From: Candidatus Magasanikbacteria bacterium UBA922
Lineage (GTDB): Bacteria; Patescibacteriota; Patescibacteriia; Magasanikbacterales; UBA922
Assembly: GCA_002293825.1 (NCBI GenBank)
Contig: DBDW01000012.1
Location: 25,147-89,146, forward strand
Direction of reading: 5' to 3'
Length of the DNA: 64,000 bases
The notes under the pieces are model-generated. The model was not told the DNA's origin. It worked only from the letters and a program-made list of their open reading frames with translations, and made no database searches. Positions within the stretch are counted from its first letter, which is position 1, and every line of letters begins with the position of its first letter. Position numbers and translations under genes: made by a program. Of the stretch, positions 30,657 through 39,187 are shown piece by piece.

Positions 30657-30810
30657 CCTAACACCTGCTGTATGCAGGATGCCGGTAATCGTGGTAGTGT
30701 TACCCCATACATAGTCATCGGCATTGACGGGGTAACAATTGCTCGATTTTTGGAAAAACAAAAGTGTGTTAAGCTTTTGAAAGACCTCATTGAATATATA
30801 TGTGTTAGGT
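30657..30810 (+). repeat. structured palindromic element (attC-like family member) immediately upstream of the RT operon; candidate ncRNA
   Basis: Bounded by a perfect 8-bp inverted repeat CCTAACAC ... GTGTTAGG. Internal hairpins cctgc-tgtat-gcagg, gttacccc-22nt-ggggtaac and gatgtt-ctgccc-aacatc. Shares the 5' motif GTATGC(A/G)G and the 3' motif GTTAGnT-GATGT with elements at 47189, 47674 and 53459. Confidence 0.55.
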
Positions 30811-30836
30811 AGATGTTCTGCCCAACATCTTAGGGA

Positions 30837-32057
30837 GTGAGTGTATACTGTATGTTTTCAACAATTATATCTGCCAAGAATTTGGAAGGAGCGTATTTGG
30901 ATTTGGTTGAAAAATTTGCCGAAGATGGTAAAGAATTTACATATCATGGTATTGATAACTATACTCTCCTTGACTACGATTTTGATTCACTTGAATTACT
31001 TTCGAGAGTGCGTGACGAATTGATAGAGAAAAAACCTCTTGATCCTGCGCTCTTACTTCACATTCCAAAGAAGCATAATCCTGCAAAGACTCGGGATATT
31101 TTTGTATATACATTGAAAGAGCGAGTAAAAGCTCAGGCATTGTATCGGGTAGTGGTTCCATTGTTTGAACATTATTTTTCTAATCGCCTATTTTCGTATC
31201 GTCCTGGTAGACCACCATCTATTGCGGCGTATCTTTTTGCACGAAGGTATCGTCGATATCATAAGACCGATCACTGTCTCGTCGTAGATCTTCAGAATTA
31301 CTCCAATCTTTTAGACACTACAATTCTATTTGAACAACTAAAGAATGTGATTCCTGATTCTCGTGTTCGTGATCTCCTCAGATTATTTATCGTGAACCCG
31401 CTCTACGAACAAGGGGTGATACGTTCTATGGATCAGGGTGTTGTACAAGGTGTTCCGTTGATTGCATTATTTGCAAATTTATATCTCACGGATCTCGATT
31501 ATCGGTATCAAAAAATGGTGTCTTTCTATATTCGTGTGGGCGACGATTTGGTGCTTGCTGATCAGAATTCAGATACAATCGCACGAGTAGGTGAGCAATT
31601 AAAAGAAGATCTTCATGTGCGAGGACTCGAACTTAATCATGATAAATGGTACAGAGGACCTGCTCGTGGCGATTTTTCCTTTTTAGGATATCGTTTTTCG
31701 GCTGGACGTATCAGACTTGAGGATGGGTATGTGCGCTCGATGGTGCGTACCTGGAATCGATTATTGGTCGATAAACATAAAACAAAATCACAAAAATACG
31801 CACTGTTGGTACGTATTATGCGGCACCCTACACGAAATTTTACGAATCAATTTGAAGAGATGGTTCGAAGTAAACCTCAACTTAATGACAGTGAACAAAT
31901 TAAAGTATTGTCTGAGCGTTTTTTTGCAATTCTTACTGAATTTTATTTTGTTCGCTATACTCCACGTAATCGACGATTGCTCACTCGAGTGATTCGTGAT
32001 TTGGGGATACAATCACTGTATCATGTATATACACGTTTTCATTATGAACGATCCTGA
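30837..32057 (+). CDS. reverse transcriptase, standalone, non-retron, non-intron; VGDD catalytic box
   Basis: 406 aa. RT0 GIDNYT. RT1 LLHIPKKHNPAKTRDIFV. RT2 FSYRPGRPPSIAA. RT3/A LVVDLQNYSNLLD. RT4/B' QGVVQGVPLIALFANLYLTDLD. RT5/C FYIRVGDDLVLA. RT6 GLELNHDKW. RT7 FSFLGYRF. No VTG triplet, no maturase/X domain, no intron domain V downstream. Confidence 0.85.
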   Translation: MSVYCMFSTIISAKNLEGAYLDLVEKFAEDGKEFTYHGIDNYTLLDYDFDSLELLSRVRDELIEKKPLDPALLLHIPKKHNPAKTRDIFVYTLKERVKAQALYRVVVPLFEHYFSNRLFSYRPGRPPSIAAYLFARRYRRYHKTDHCLVVDLQNYSNLLDTTILFEQLKNVIPDSRVRDLLRLFIVNPLYEQGVIRSMDQGVVQGVPLIALFANLYLTDLDYRYQKMVSFYIRVGDDLVLADQNSDTIARVGEQLKEDLHVRGLELNHDKWYRGPARGDFSFLGYRFSAGRIRLEDGYVRSMVRTWNRLLVDKHKTKSQKYALLVRIMRHPTRNFTNQFEEMVRSKPQLNDSEQIKVLSERFFAILTEFYFVRYTPRNRRLLTRVIRDLGIQSLYHVYTRFHYERS

Positions 32058-33786
32058 TATCATGTCTCATACACGTATTCATATACAAGCACGATTATTG
32101 CGTCGTGCAAAAAAAAGGATCTACGCATGGCGTACGATTGTGTTGACTCGTTTTCACTATCGTCATGTGCTACATTTTTTGAAAACATATCGTGCGTTTG
32201 TATATGGACTATGTGCATTATTGATAACCCAGCTACTGGTAGAGACTGCGCTTATTATCATAGGGAGGCACTATAGTTATTTTGATACATCGTCTGTTGT
32301 GTATTCATATGTTGGATGGATTATCGCGGTACTTAGCAGTGTTTTTTTGTTGGTTTCTTTTTTTGCGCTGAAGTATGAACGAACACTGATAGTCTATTTT
32401 GCGAATCATATTCGAAAGAGATTGTTTGCTTCATATATATACGGACACGCGTCTTCATCGCGCGCACGTGCTCGATTGATTGCACAAATTTCATATCATG
32501 TGCCATTGGTTTCTCTCGGAGTTTCACATGTATTTTTTGGTGTATTGAGAATTGTGTTGTATGGTGGAGTGGTGGGAATCCTTGCGTATGTAGGAAATTT
32601 TTCTGTGTGGATATATAGTGGAGTGTATGTACTGGGGTGTGGTGTAGTTTTTCTTTTCGCATATTTCTTTTCTCGATACTGGACTTCCCAAGAAGTTACG
32701 TATTATTCGAGGATTATGCAGGGAATTGAGATTGATGCGTCTGATACAGATTTTATTACTATGTTTGGACAAAAAGAACGCATTCTTACTATGTTTGATC
32801 GATTGGTCGAATTTGATTCTTTTTTTCGCATACGACGAGATGTGTTTATGGGAATTGGGTATGCAGTCGTATTTGTACTGGTGCTCATATGTTCGATAGT
32901 GGTGCATGCACATCCTCAGATACTCAATTCTGTCATCACATCTCCATATAGCGCGGAGCGTATAGTAGTAATCTTTTTGTTTGTGTATATTTCTCGTGCA
33001 TTGGTGCAGGCATATCGCGCTGGTTTGTATATTTTTCCTGCTCGACTTGGACTTTTTTTAACACTTCGATCTACACGCACATCACCAGTACATAAGAAAG
33101 ATATTTCTTTGTCGGGAAAATCGATCCGTTTTCATGCTCGCAAGACAAAATTATTTTTTGAAAGTCCCTATTATCGACGTATGGATTTTTTGTTTCATCC
33201 AGGAGATCGTATTCTCATTCAGGGAGACAATCTTTCCGGCAAGACTTCGTTTGCGCGAATGTGTGCGGGTATTTCTGCATACACGCCACGAGCATTTACG
33301 ATTACAGTAGGTGAGGAACGACTTGATTTTTTCCAGTGGCACGCGCGGGTAGCGCGTGAGGTATACGTGTATGACCCGTCTATCAGAACTGAACGAAGTT
33401 TGATTGAATATATTGTGGGAAAGGTAAAAGAAGATATTTCTGCTGAAGAGTTTGCATCAGTGATTGCACATATACACAATTATCCGTCAATCGTAGCACT
33501 GGTAGCGCCTGATGGGAATTACAATGTTTCAGCACGGCACGTGTTGTCGAATCCGATTCAGGCATGTGCGCTTCATATACTGCACTGTATTGTATCAAAG
33601 CCATCGTTTATTATTATTGATAATTTTTGGATTGATCTCAATTATCCGCGTATTCGTGATATGATGCAGATACTTGATACAGCGGTACCATCATCGATTA
33701 TTCTCGTTTGCTCTCGCGTGTCCAATGAGTACTTTTCGTATACACAACACTATGTCTTCGCGAATACGATCACACGTCTCCTCTAA
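32044..33786 (+). CDS. 6-TM membrane domain fused to a degenerate ABC-type nucleotide-binding domain
   Basis: The start overlaps the RT stop by about 14 nt (MNDPDIMSH...). About 6 TM helices, then Walker A GDNLSGKTS. Signature-like LSNPIQ in place of LSGGQ. Walker B FIIIDN (catalytic Glu replaced by Asn). H-loop His absent (ILVCSRVSN). Confidence 0.7.
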   Translation: MNDPDIMSHTRIHIQARLLRRAKKRIYAWRTIVLTRFHYRHVLHFLKTYRAFVYGLCALLITQLLVETALIIIGRHYSYFDTSSVVYSYVGWIIAVLSSVFLLVSFFALKYERTLIVYFANHIRKRLFASYIYGHASSSRARARLIAQISYHVPLVSLGVSHVFFGVLRIVLYGGVVGILAYVGNFSVWIYSGVYVLGCGVVFLFAYFFSRYWTSQEVTYYSRIMQGIEIDASDTDFITMFGQKERILTMFDRLVEFDSFFRIRRDVFMGIGYAVVFVLVLICSIVVHAHPQILNSVITSPYSAERIVVIFLFVYISRALVQAYRAGLYIFPARLGLFLTLRSTRTSPVHKKDISLSGKSIRFHARKTKLFFESPYYRRMDFLFHPGDRILIQGDNLSGKTSFARMCAGISAYTPRAFTITVGEERLDFFQWHARVAREVYVYDPSIRTERSLIEYIVGKVKEDISAEEFASVIAHIHNYPSIVALVAPDGNYNVSARHVLSNPIQACALHILHCIVSKPSFIIIDNFWIDLNYPRIRDMMQILDTAVPSSIILVCSRVSNEYFSYTQHYVFANTITRLL

Positions 33787-34945
33787 GGTGAATATACTTG
33801 TATGGATACTTCCAGTGTGCGGACTGCTCGTAGTGACTGCATTATTTGTGTTTTTTGTTTCTAAAGGTTCTGTGAGAATTTCTCAGTCGGTATATCAGGG
33901 TGAAATAATTAAGTCCGAAGAGCCGTTTTCTGGAGAAGTGTATGCGAATACAGAATTTGAGGGAACTATCTTTTCCGATCTCATCGTTTCCCTGATCGAT
34001 CAGGCGACGACACGTATTGAGATTGCAGTGTATTCAATGAATCATCCGCGTATTCATGATGCATTGTATCGAGCTTCAGATCGGGGAGTGTTGGTGACAC
34101 TTCTCCTAAGTGCGTCTCGATCACAGACACATTCAATTGTTTTTTCTGATTTTCCTGATCAGATTACACGTATTGAGTATGATCCTCAGCGTGGATACAT
34201 GCATCATAAGTTTTTAATTGTCGATCGAGGACTTTCGAATGAAGTGCTTGTGTTTGGGTCATATAATTTTACAGAATTACAAGAGCGGTATGATGCAAGT
34301 TTTGTACTGAAAACTACGGATACACAAATTATTTCTATATTTGGTAGAGAATTTGATCGACTGGTGCGCAATGTGGGAACGAGCACGACTCATCTGTCTG
34401 ATTCTATGCCATCGATGACTCGCATAGAATATCCAGAAGGTGATTTGGAGATTTGGTTTTCTCCACCGGTATCACTTGGTACAGGTATACGTGAGCGTGT
34501 ACTCAATCTGATTACTCATGCGACAGAACGTATTCGTGTGATGATGTGGAGTATTACCGATACTCATGTCGCACGTGCACTGGTCTCTGCTGCTCGAGCA
34601 GGAAAAAGAGTGGAAATATTGACCGATGATTCGACGATGTTTAATACACATTCGGTGATTCCTGATCTGCATGAGGAAAAAGAAACACACACATTGAACA
34701 TGTTTGAAATTTTTACGGATGCAAAAAGGACAGAAGAGGTGTCTCCGGATATGGATACAGGATTTAATCCATTTTTACACCATCACACGACGATTATTGA
34801 TAGTAGAATTGTCCTGTTTGGAACGAGTAATTGGAGTGCAAATGGTTTTTATTATAACAATGAAGCCACTATGATCAGTACGATTCCATATCTAATTTCT
34901 TCATTTGAACATATTTTTGAGGATAATATGGCGCGATCAAAATGA
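33752..34945 (+). CDS. membrane-anchored phospholipase D-family protein with two HKD-type motifs, the second degenerate
   Basis: Overlaps the upstream gene end. N-terminal TM helix. First motif HHKFLIVDRGLSNEVLVFGSYNFT (HxKx4Dx6GSxN). Second motif HHHTTIIDSRIVLFGTSNWS (Lys replaced by His/Thr). Confidence 0.75.
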   Translation: MSSRIRSHVSSKVNILVWILPVCGLLVVTALFVFFVSKGSVRISQSVYQGEIIKSEEPFSGEVYANTEFEGTIFSDLIVSLIDQATTRIEIAVYSMNHPRIHDALYRASDRGVLVTLLLSASRSQTHSIVFSDFPDQITRIEYDPQRGYMHHKFLIVDRGLSNEVLVFGSYNFTELQERYDASFVLKTTDTQIISIFGREFDRLVRNVGTSTTHLSDSMPSMTRIEYPEGDLEIWFSPPVSLGTGIRERVLNLITHATERIRVMMWSITDTHVARALVSAARAGKRVEILTDDSTMFNTHSVIPDLHEEKETHTLNMFEIFTDAKRTEEVSPDMDTGFNPFLHHHTTIIDSRIVLFGTSNWSANGFYYNNEATMISTIPYLISSFEHIFEDNMARSK

Positions 34946-35026
34946 GTAAGAATGGTTGTGTTGGAGGAAATAGTGAGGTACTATACTGGTATGTAAGTTT
35001 TTTGGTAAATACCTAATGTTAGCGGT

Positions 35027-35383
35027 ATGCGTACATGTGTAGTGAGATATGTGTATATTTTTTGCACCGTATTGTTGTTGACCGGATGCACTGCGGAGAT
35101 CGAAACCGAAAAAGTAGATACCACATTAGGTGTGCCATCTCCATTTTTGAGCAATGGGGCATGTGAAGAGGACGCTGACTGTGTGCTCACCGACGCACTG
35201 TATGATCCCTGTGGGAGAGTGTACGCAATTCATATGAATACAAGTGAGGATGCTATTGAGAGATATAATGAATTGCAGATGAGGATTACAGAAGGTAGGC
35301 AGTATGATTGTGATATGCCTCCAAAGATTGAGGATTATCGAGCATTGTGTGAGAAACGTGTGTGTACTGCACGTCAAAGATAA
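35027..35383 (+). CDS. small Cys-rich lipoprotein
   Basis: Signal peptide with lipobox LLLTGC. 118 aa with 9 Cys. Confidence 0.5.
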   Translation: MRTCVVRYVYIFCTVLLLTGCTAEIETEKVDTTLGVPSPFLSNGACEEDADCVLTDALYDPCGRVYAIHMNTSEDAIERYNELQMRITEGRQYDCDMPPKIEDYRALCEKRVCTARQR

Positions 35384-35390
35384 ATAGGAT

Positions 35391-35942
35391 ATGCATCTGA
35401 TACTCATTTTAGGGCCCATGAAAAGTGGAAAATCATTTGACTTGATTAGTCATTTTTCTCCGCTCAAGTATACACACACATCATTTGGATTATTTCAGCC
35501 GGTACGCAATGTGCGAGATAATAAGATTGAATCTCGAAGCGGATTATTTCTTGATGCAGTGAAAATTCAGTCACTTTCTGAAATTGTAGATCGCGAATAT
35601 TCAGTCGTGGGGATTGATGAAGTGCATATGTTTGATCCTCGTGATGCGTATTATGTGGGCGTATTGTTGTCACGAGGTGTAGAGGTAATTATTTCTGGAC
35701 TCGATACTGATTATCGTGGTGAAATGTTTCAGATGGTAAAAAAATTGTTTGAGCTCGGACCAAAAGAGGTGCGGTACAAACGAGCGGTGTGTAATGAATG
35801 TAAGAATTTTTCTGCAACACATACCCAAGTGTACAGCTCTCACAAACCGCTTACCGAAGGGATGCCCCCAGTGATTCCTGATGATGGAACTTTTACCTAT
35901 GAGCCGGTATGCCGCACGTGTTTTGTCTCGAGCAATCTCTAA
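35391..35942 (+). CDS. tdk: thymidine kinase
   Basis: P-loop GPMKSGKS. IDEVHMF. C-terminal zinc ribbon CNEC...CRTC. Confidence 0.9.
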   Translation: MHLILILGPMKSGKSFDLISHFSPLKYTHTSFGLFQPVRNVRDNKIESRSGLFLDAVKIQSLSEIVDREYSVVGIDEVHMFDPRDAYYVGVLLSRGVEVIISGLDTDYRGEMFQMVKKLFELGPKEVRYKRAVCNECKNFSATHTQVYSSHKPLTEGMPPVIPDDGTFTYEPVCRTCFVSSNL

Positions 35943-36091
35943 ATGTGTATACAAAAAAACACCAGGAATTCTGATGTTTTTTTGAGAGTGGAGCAAACGG
36001 CGTGCTCCATGTCCACCTACAGCTGCAGGCCGTTATACACAGTGTGAAGTGATTGTGTATCTGCAGTGTTACCCAGGATTTTCGTGATTCT

Positions 36092-36730
36092 CTAGGAATT
36101 GGAACGATCAAGGTAATCTCGTAACCTTTCTCGAGTTATCTCGACGAGGTGTTGTCGTGCACGGAAGAGGCGAGACATCACAGTACCGACGGGAACGTGT
36201 GTGTCATCTGCGATTTCGTCCTGCGACTTTTCTTTCCACACGTACAGTAGTATAGTTTTTTTGAATTTCGGGGACAGGTGCTCGAGTCCTTCTTCGAGTA
36301 TGTGTCTACACTCCATGTGCTCGAGTGCAGTGTGGGGATCAGTGTGCACTGATGGAGTGAAGTGGTTTCGATCCGAATGATAGGTCTCGTCATACGAATC
36401 ATATCCACGTTTCAGGTGCTTGTCCCGAAGCATGTTCAGTGCGATGTTTCTACTGATGTGAAGAATCCAGGCACGGAAATTCGTACCTTCCTGGAATGAA
36501 TGAGCATGGAGATGAATGCGGAGGAACGTCTCCTGTGTCACATCTTCTGCGACCGCAGTGTTGTGTACGATTTTCAGCACCATTCTGAATATCAGTGCAT
36601 GAAAATGAAGGTACAGTTTACGGAACGCGCCATTGGCATTTTGTTTCCACTGTGCGACGAGTTCTTCTTCTTGTGTACGAGCTGGTGTGGAAGACGACCG
36701 TGGTTTCGGGTGGATTGTACGTTTTTTCAT
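36092..36730 (-). CDS. ECF-type RNA polymerase sigma factor (sigma-70 regions 2 and 4)
   Basis: 212 aa. Region 2 (FRKLYLHFHALIFRMVLKIV...DVTQETFLRI) and region 4 HTH (LLYVWKEKSQDEIADDTHVPVGTVMSRLFRARQHL). Confidence 0.85.
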   Translation of the reverse strand: MKKRTIHPKPRSSSTPARTQEEELVAQWKQNANGAFRKLYLHFHALIFRMVLKIVHNTAVAEDVTQETFLRIHLHAHSFQEGTNFRAWILHISRNIALNMLRDKHLKRGYDSYDETYHSDRNHFTPSVHTDPHTALEHMECRHILEEGLEHLSPKFKKTILLYVWKEKSQDEIADDTHVPVGTVMSRLFRARQHLVEITRERLRDYLDRSNS

Positions 36731-36871
36731 GTGAGGTACTCCAGTATGGGTGGGAGTTTCATGATGAGAAAAGCACTATGGTATATGTAAACATACGAGG
36801 GTGATGTGGTCAAATTTTACATTGACTTTTTTGGGGTATATTGATATGTTCTCAAGTCTATAGATGAAATT

Positions 36872-37591
36872 ATGAAAAAAATATTACTCACCTCTCATCA
36901 CAATGAAATTGAGTCTGAAAAAGTGTTTGGACTTCCTTCGGTTGTGGTGCAGGATTATAAAGTATTCCCATTTCACGCTGAAGGAGCACTACCATTGGTC
37001 GTCCCAGCTCTTACTTTTTCACGAAATGAATTGCGTGCCATGGTTGCTGAGACAGATCTTGTTATTTTGACTGGTGGTCATGATGTGGACACTGCTCGGT
37101 ATGGTGAATCAGTACGATATCCCACGGTAGAAGTGTATTCGTGTCGAGATGATATTGAGTTTGGCTTGCTTGAGGCAGCGGTAGAGCTACGAAAACCAGT
37201 GTTTGGTATTTGTCGAGGATTACAAGTGATCAATGTATTTTTTGGTGGATCGCTTCATCAGAATCTGCATCATGATGTCTCAGGAACGTTTGGACATTGC
37301 CAACCCAAAGAAGATATCGAGAAATTGCTTCATCCAATTATGATTGAATCTGATTCATTTTTGTCTCGTATTTTTCCAGAATCACCTGAAATCATGGTGA
37401 ATTCTTTTCACAATCAAAGTGTGAATAGGCTTGGAAATGGTCTCAGTGTGTCTGCTACAAGTAGTGATGGAATTATTGAGGCAATTGAACACACGGTGTA
37501 TCCCATTTATGCGGTGCAGTGGCATCCAGAAAAATCATATCGCGTTGACGTGGCTTCACAACAATTGATTCGAGCAATGGTGGCGTTATAG
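36872..37591 (+). CDS. class I glutamine amidotransferase, peptidase C26 (gamma-glutamyl hydrolase, PuuD-like)
   Basis: Catalytic Cys in GICRGLQ. VQWHPE His motif. Confidence 0.85.
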   Translation: MKKILLTSHHNEIESEKVFGLPSVVVQDYKVFPFHAEGALPLVVPALTFSRNELRAMVAETDLVILTGGHDVDTARYGESVRYPTVEVYSCRDDIEFGLLEAAVELRKPVFGICRGLQVINVFFGGSLHQNLHHDVSGTFGHCQPKEDIEKLLHPIMIESDSFLSRIFPESPEIMVNSFHNQSVNRLGNGLSVSATSSDGIIEAIEHTVYPIYAVQWHPEKSYRVDVASQQLIRAMVAL

Positions 37592-37650
37592 TTGAAAATG
37601 ATGGTGTGTAGTGGTATACTACTGACTTAGATTATGTTAATCGTATCTGT

Positions 37651-38373
37651 ATGCATGCGTTAGAAATTAGTAATTTTACAAAAAAATACGGCGAACGAAC
37701 TGCGGTAGATGCTCTATCGCTCACGGTAGAACCGGGAGAATTTTTTGGTTTTTTGGGAAGAAATGGTGCAGGAAAAACAACGACGATTAGCGCGATTACC
37801 GGAATTGGTAAAATTACGTCAGGAACTATTTCGATTTTTGGGAATGACGTGGAAAAAAATTATCGCCAAGCTCGTGCGCTGGTAGGCCTGTGCCCTCAGG
37901 AATTCAATGTAGATATTTTTGCAACAATTGAGCGTGTATTATGGTATGTCGGTGGTTTTTATGGTATGTCTACGGTCGACCGAAAGAAACGTATCGCCGA
38001 ACTTGGTCGTATTTTGGATTTGGAATCACACATGGAAAAAAAATTTGCTGAATTGTCGGGCGGGCTCAAGCGTCGTGTTATGCTTGCGCGTGCGATGATT
38101 CATGATCCAAAATTATTGATTCTTGATGAACCTACTGCAGGGGTAGATGTGGAACTCCGCCATGAATTATGGAAATATCTTCGAGAAATCAATGCTCAGG
38201 GAAAGACAATTATATTCACTTCTCACTATCTCGAAGAGGTGGAGCAATTATGTCAGCGAATTGCAATTATTGATGCGGGAAAAATTATTGTCGATGCGCC
38301 CAAATCAGAATTTACCAAAGATGGAAGTACGCTTGAAGCTAAGTTTCTTTCCCTTACTCAGAAGAAAAGCTAA
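37651..38373 (+). CDS. ABC transporter ATP-binding protein (ABC-2 type exporter)
   Basis: Walker A GRNGAGKTT. Signature LSGGLKRR. Walker B LLILDEPTAGVD. Confidence 0.9.
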   Translation: MHALEISNFTKKYGERTAVDALSLTVEPGEFFGFLGRNGAGKTTTISAITGIGKITSGTISIFGNDVEKNYRQARALVGLCPQEFNVDIFATIERVLWYVGGFYGMSTVDRKKRIAELGRILDLESHMEKKFAELSGGLKRRVMLARAMIHDPKLLILDEPTAGVDVELRHELWKYLREINAQGKTIIFTSHYLEEVEQLCQRIAIIDAGKIIVDAPKSEFTKDGSTLEAKFLSLTQKKS

Positions 38374-38383
38374 TACATAGTAT

Positions 38384-39145
38384 ATGAATGTTATCGGACT
38401 CAAGACTTTTGTTGCACGTGAAGTGCAGCGAGCGTTTCGTGTGTATATCCAGACGATTCTCAGTCCATTGATCAATGCACTCCTCTATATTCTTATTTTT
38501 GGGGTAGTGGTAGGGAGCACGATTCAATCAGTAGGAGGGTTTTCATATATTGATTTTGTGTTGCCTGGTATTCTCATGCTCAATTTAATCAATTCTGCAT
38601 TTTCTCAAACATCATCATCATTGTATTTTCAGCGATTCGCAAAACATATTGAGGAAATTTTGGTGGCACCACTTTCTCACATGGAAATGATTGCAGGATA
38701 TGTTATTGCAGGGGTTGCGCGAGGATTGATCGTAGGGCTGGGGGTATATGTAATTGCGCTCATATTTAGTGCAGCGACGATTGCGCATCTCGGGTTATTC
38801 ATACTCTACACAATTGCAGTTGCTGTGATTTTTTCACTACTCGGCCTACTGGTCGCATTGTGGGCTCAAAATTTTGAACAACTCTCTATTTTGAGTGTCT
38901 TTGTGATTACTCCACTTACGTTTCTTGGAGGAGTGTTCAATTCAGTGACCATGCTTCCATCGAGTGTTCAGACAATTGCATTGTTTAATCCGTTTTTTTA
39001 TTTCGTTGACGGACTTCGGTATGCTATGATTGGAGTACGTGAAGGGAATGCAATGGTTGGGTGGATGGTAATTATTGGATTGATTGTGCTCTGTGGTGGA
39101 TTGGTGTGGAGATTGTTTACGATTGGATGGAGATTGAGAACATAA
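38384..39145 (+). CDS. ABC-2 family transporter permease
   Basis: 253 aa, 6 TM. Directly downstream of the NBD gene. Confidence 0.8.
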   Translation: MNVIGLKTFVAREVQRAFRVYIQTILSPLINALLYILIFGVVVGSTIQSVGGFSYIDFVLPGILMLNLINSAFSQTSSSLYFQRFAKHIEEILVAPLSHMEMIAGYVIAGVARGLIVGLGVYVIALIFSAATIAHLGLFILYTIAVAVIFSLLGLLVALWAQNFEQLSILSVFVITPLTFLGGVFNSVTMLPSSVQTIALFNPFFYFVDGLRYAMIGVREGNAMVGWMVIIGLIVLCGGLVWRLFTIGWRLRT

Positions 39146-39187
39146 GTGAAATAGATTTTTTTAGGATACGTGAAATTTGTGTGATGT

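Noticed and set aside
30597-30812. 71-aa plus-strand ORF upstream of the RT
   Set aside because: It coincides with the inverted-repeat-bounded structured element and has no start context. Treated as non-coding.
30837-32057. Retron or group II intron identity for the RT
   Set aside because: No VTG motif and no msr/msd-type a1/a2 repeats were recognized. No maturase/X or En domain. No intron domain V. The RT is translationally coupled to downstream protein genes.
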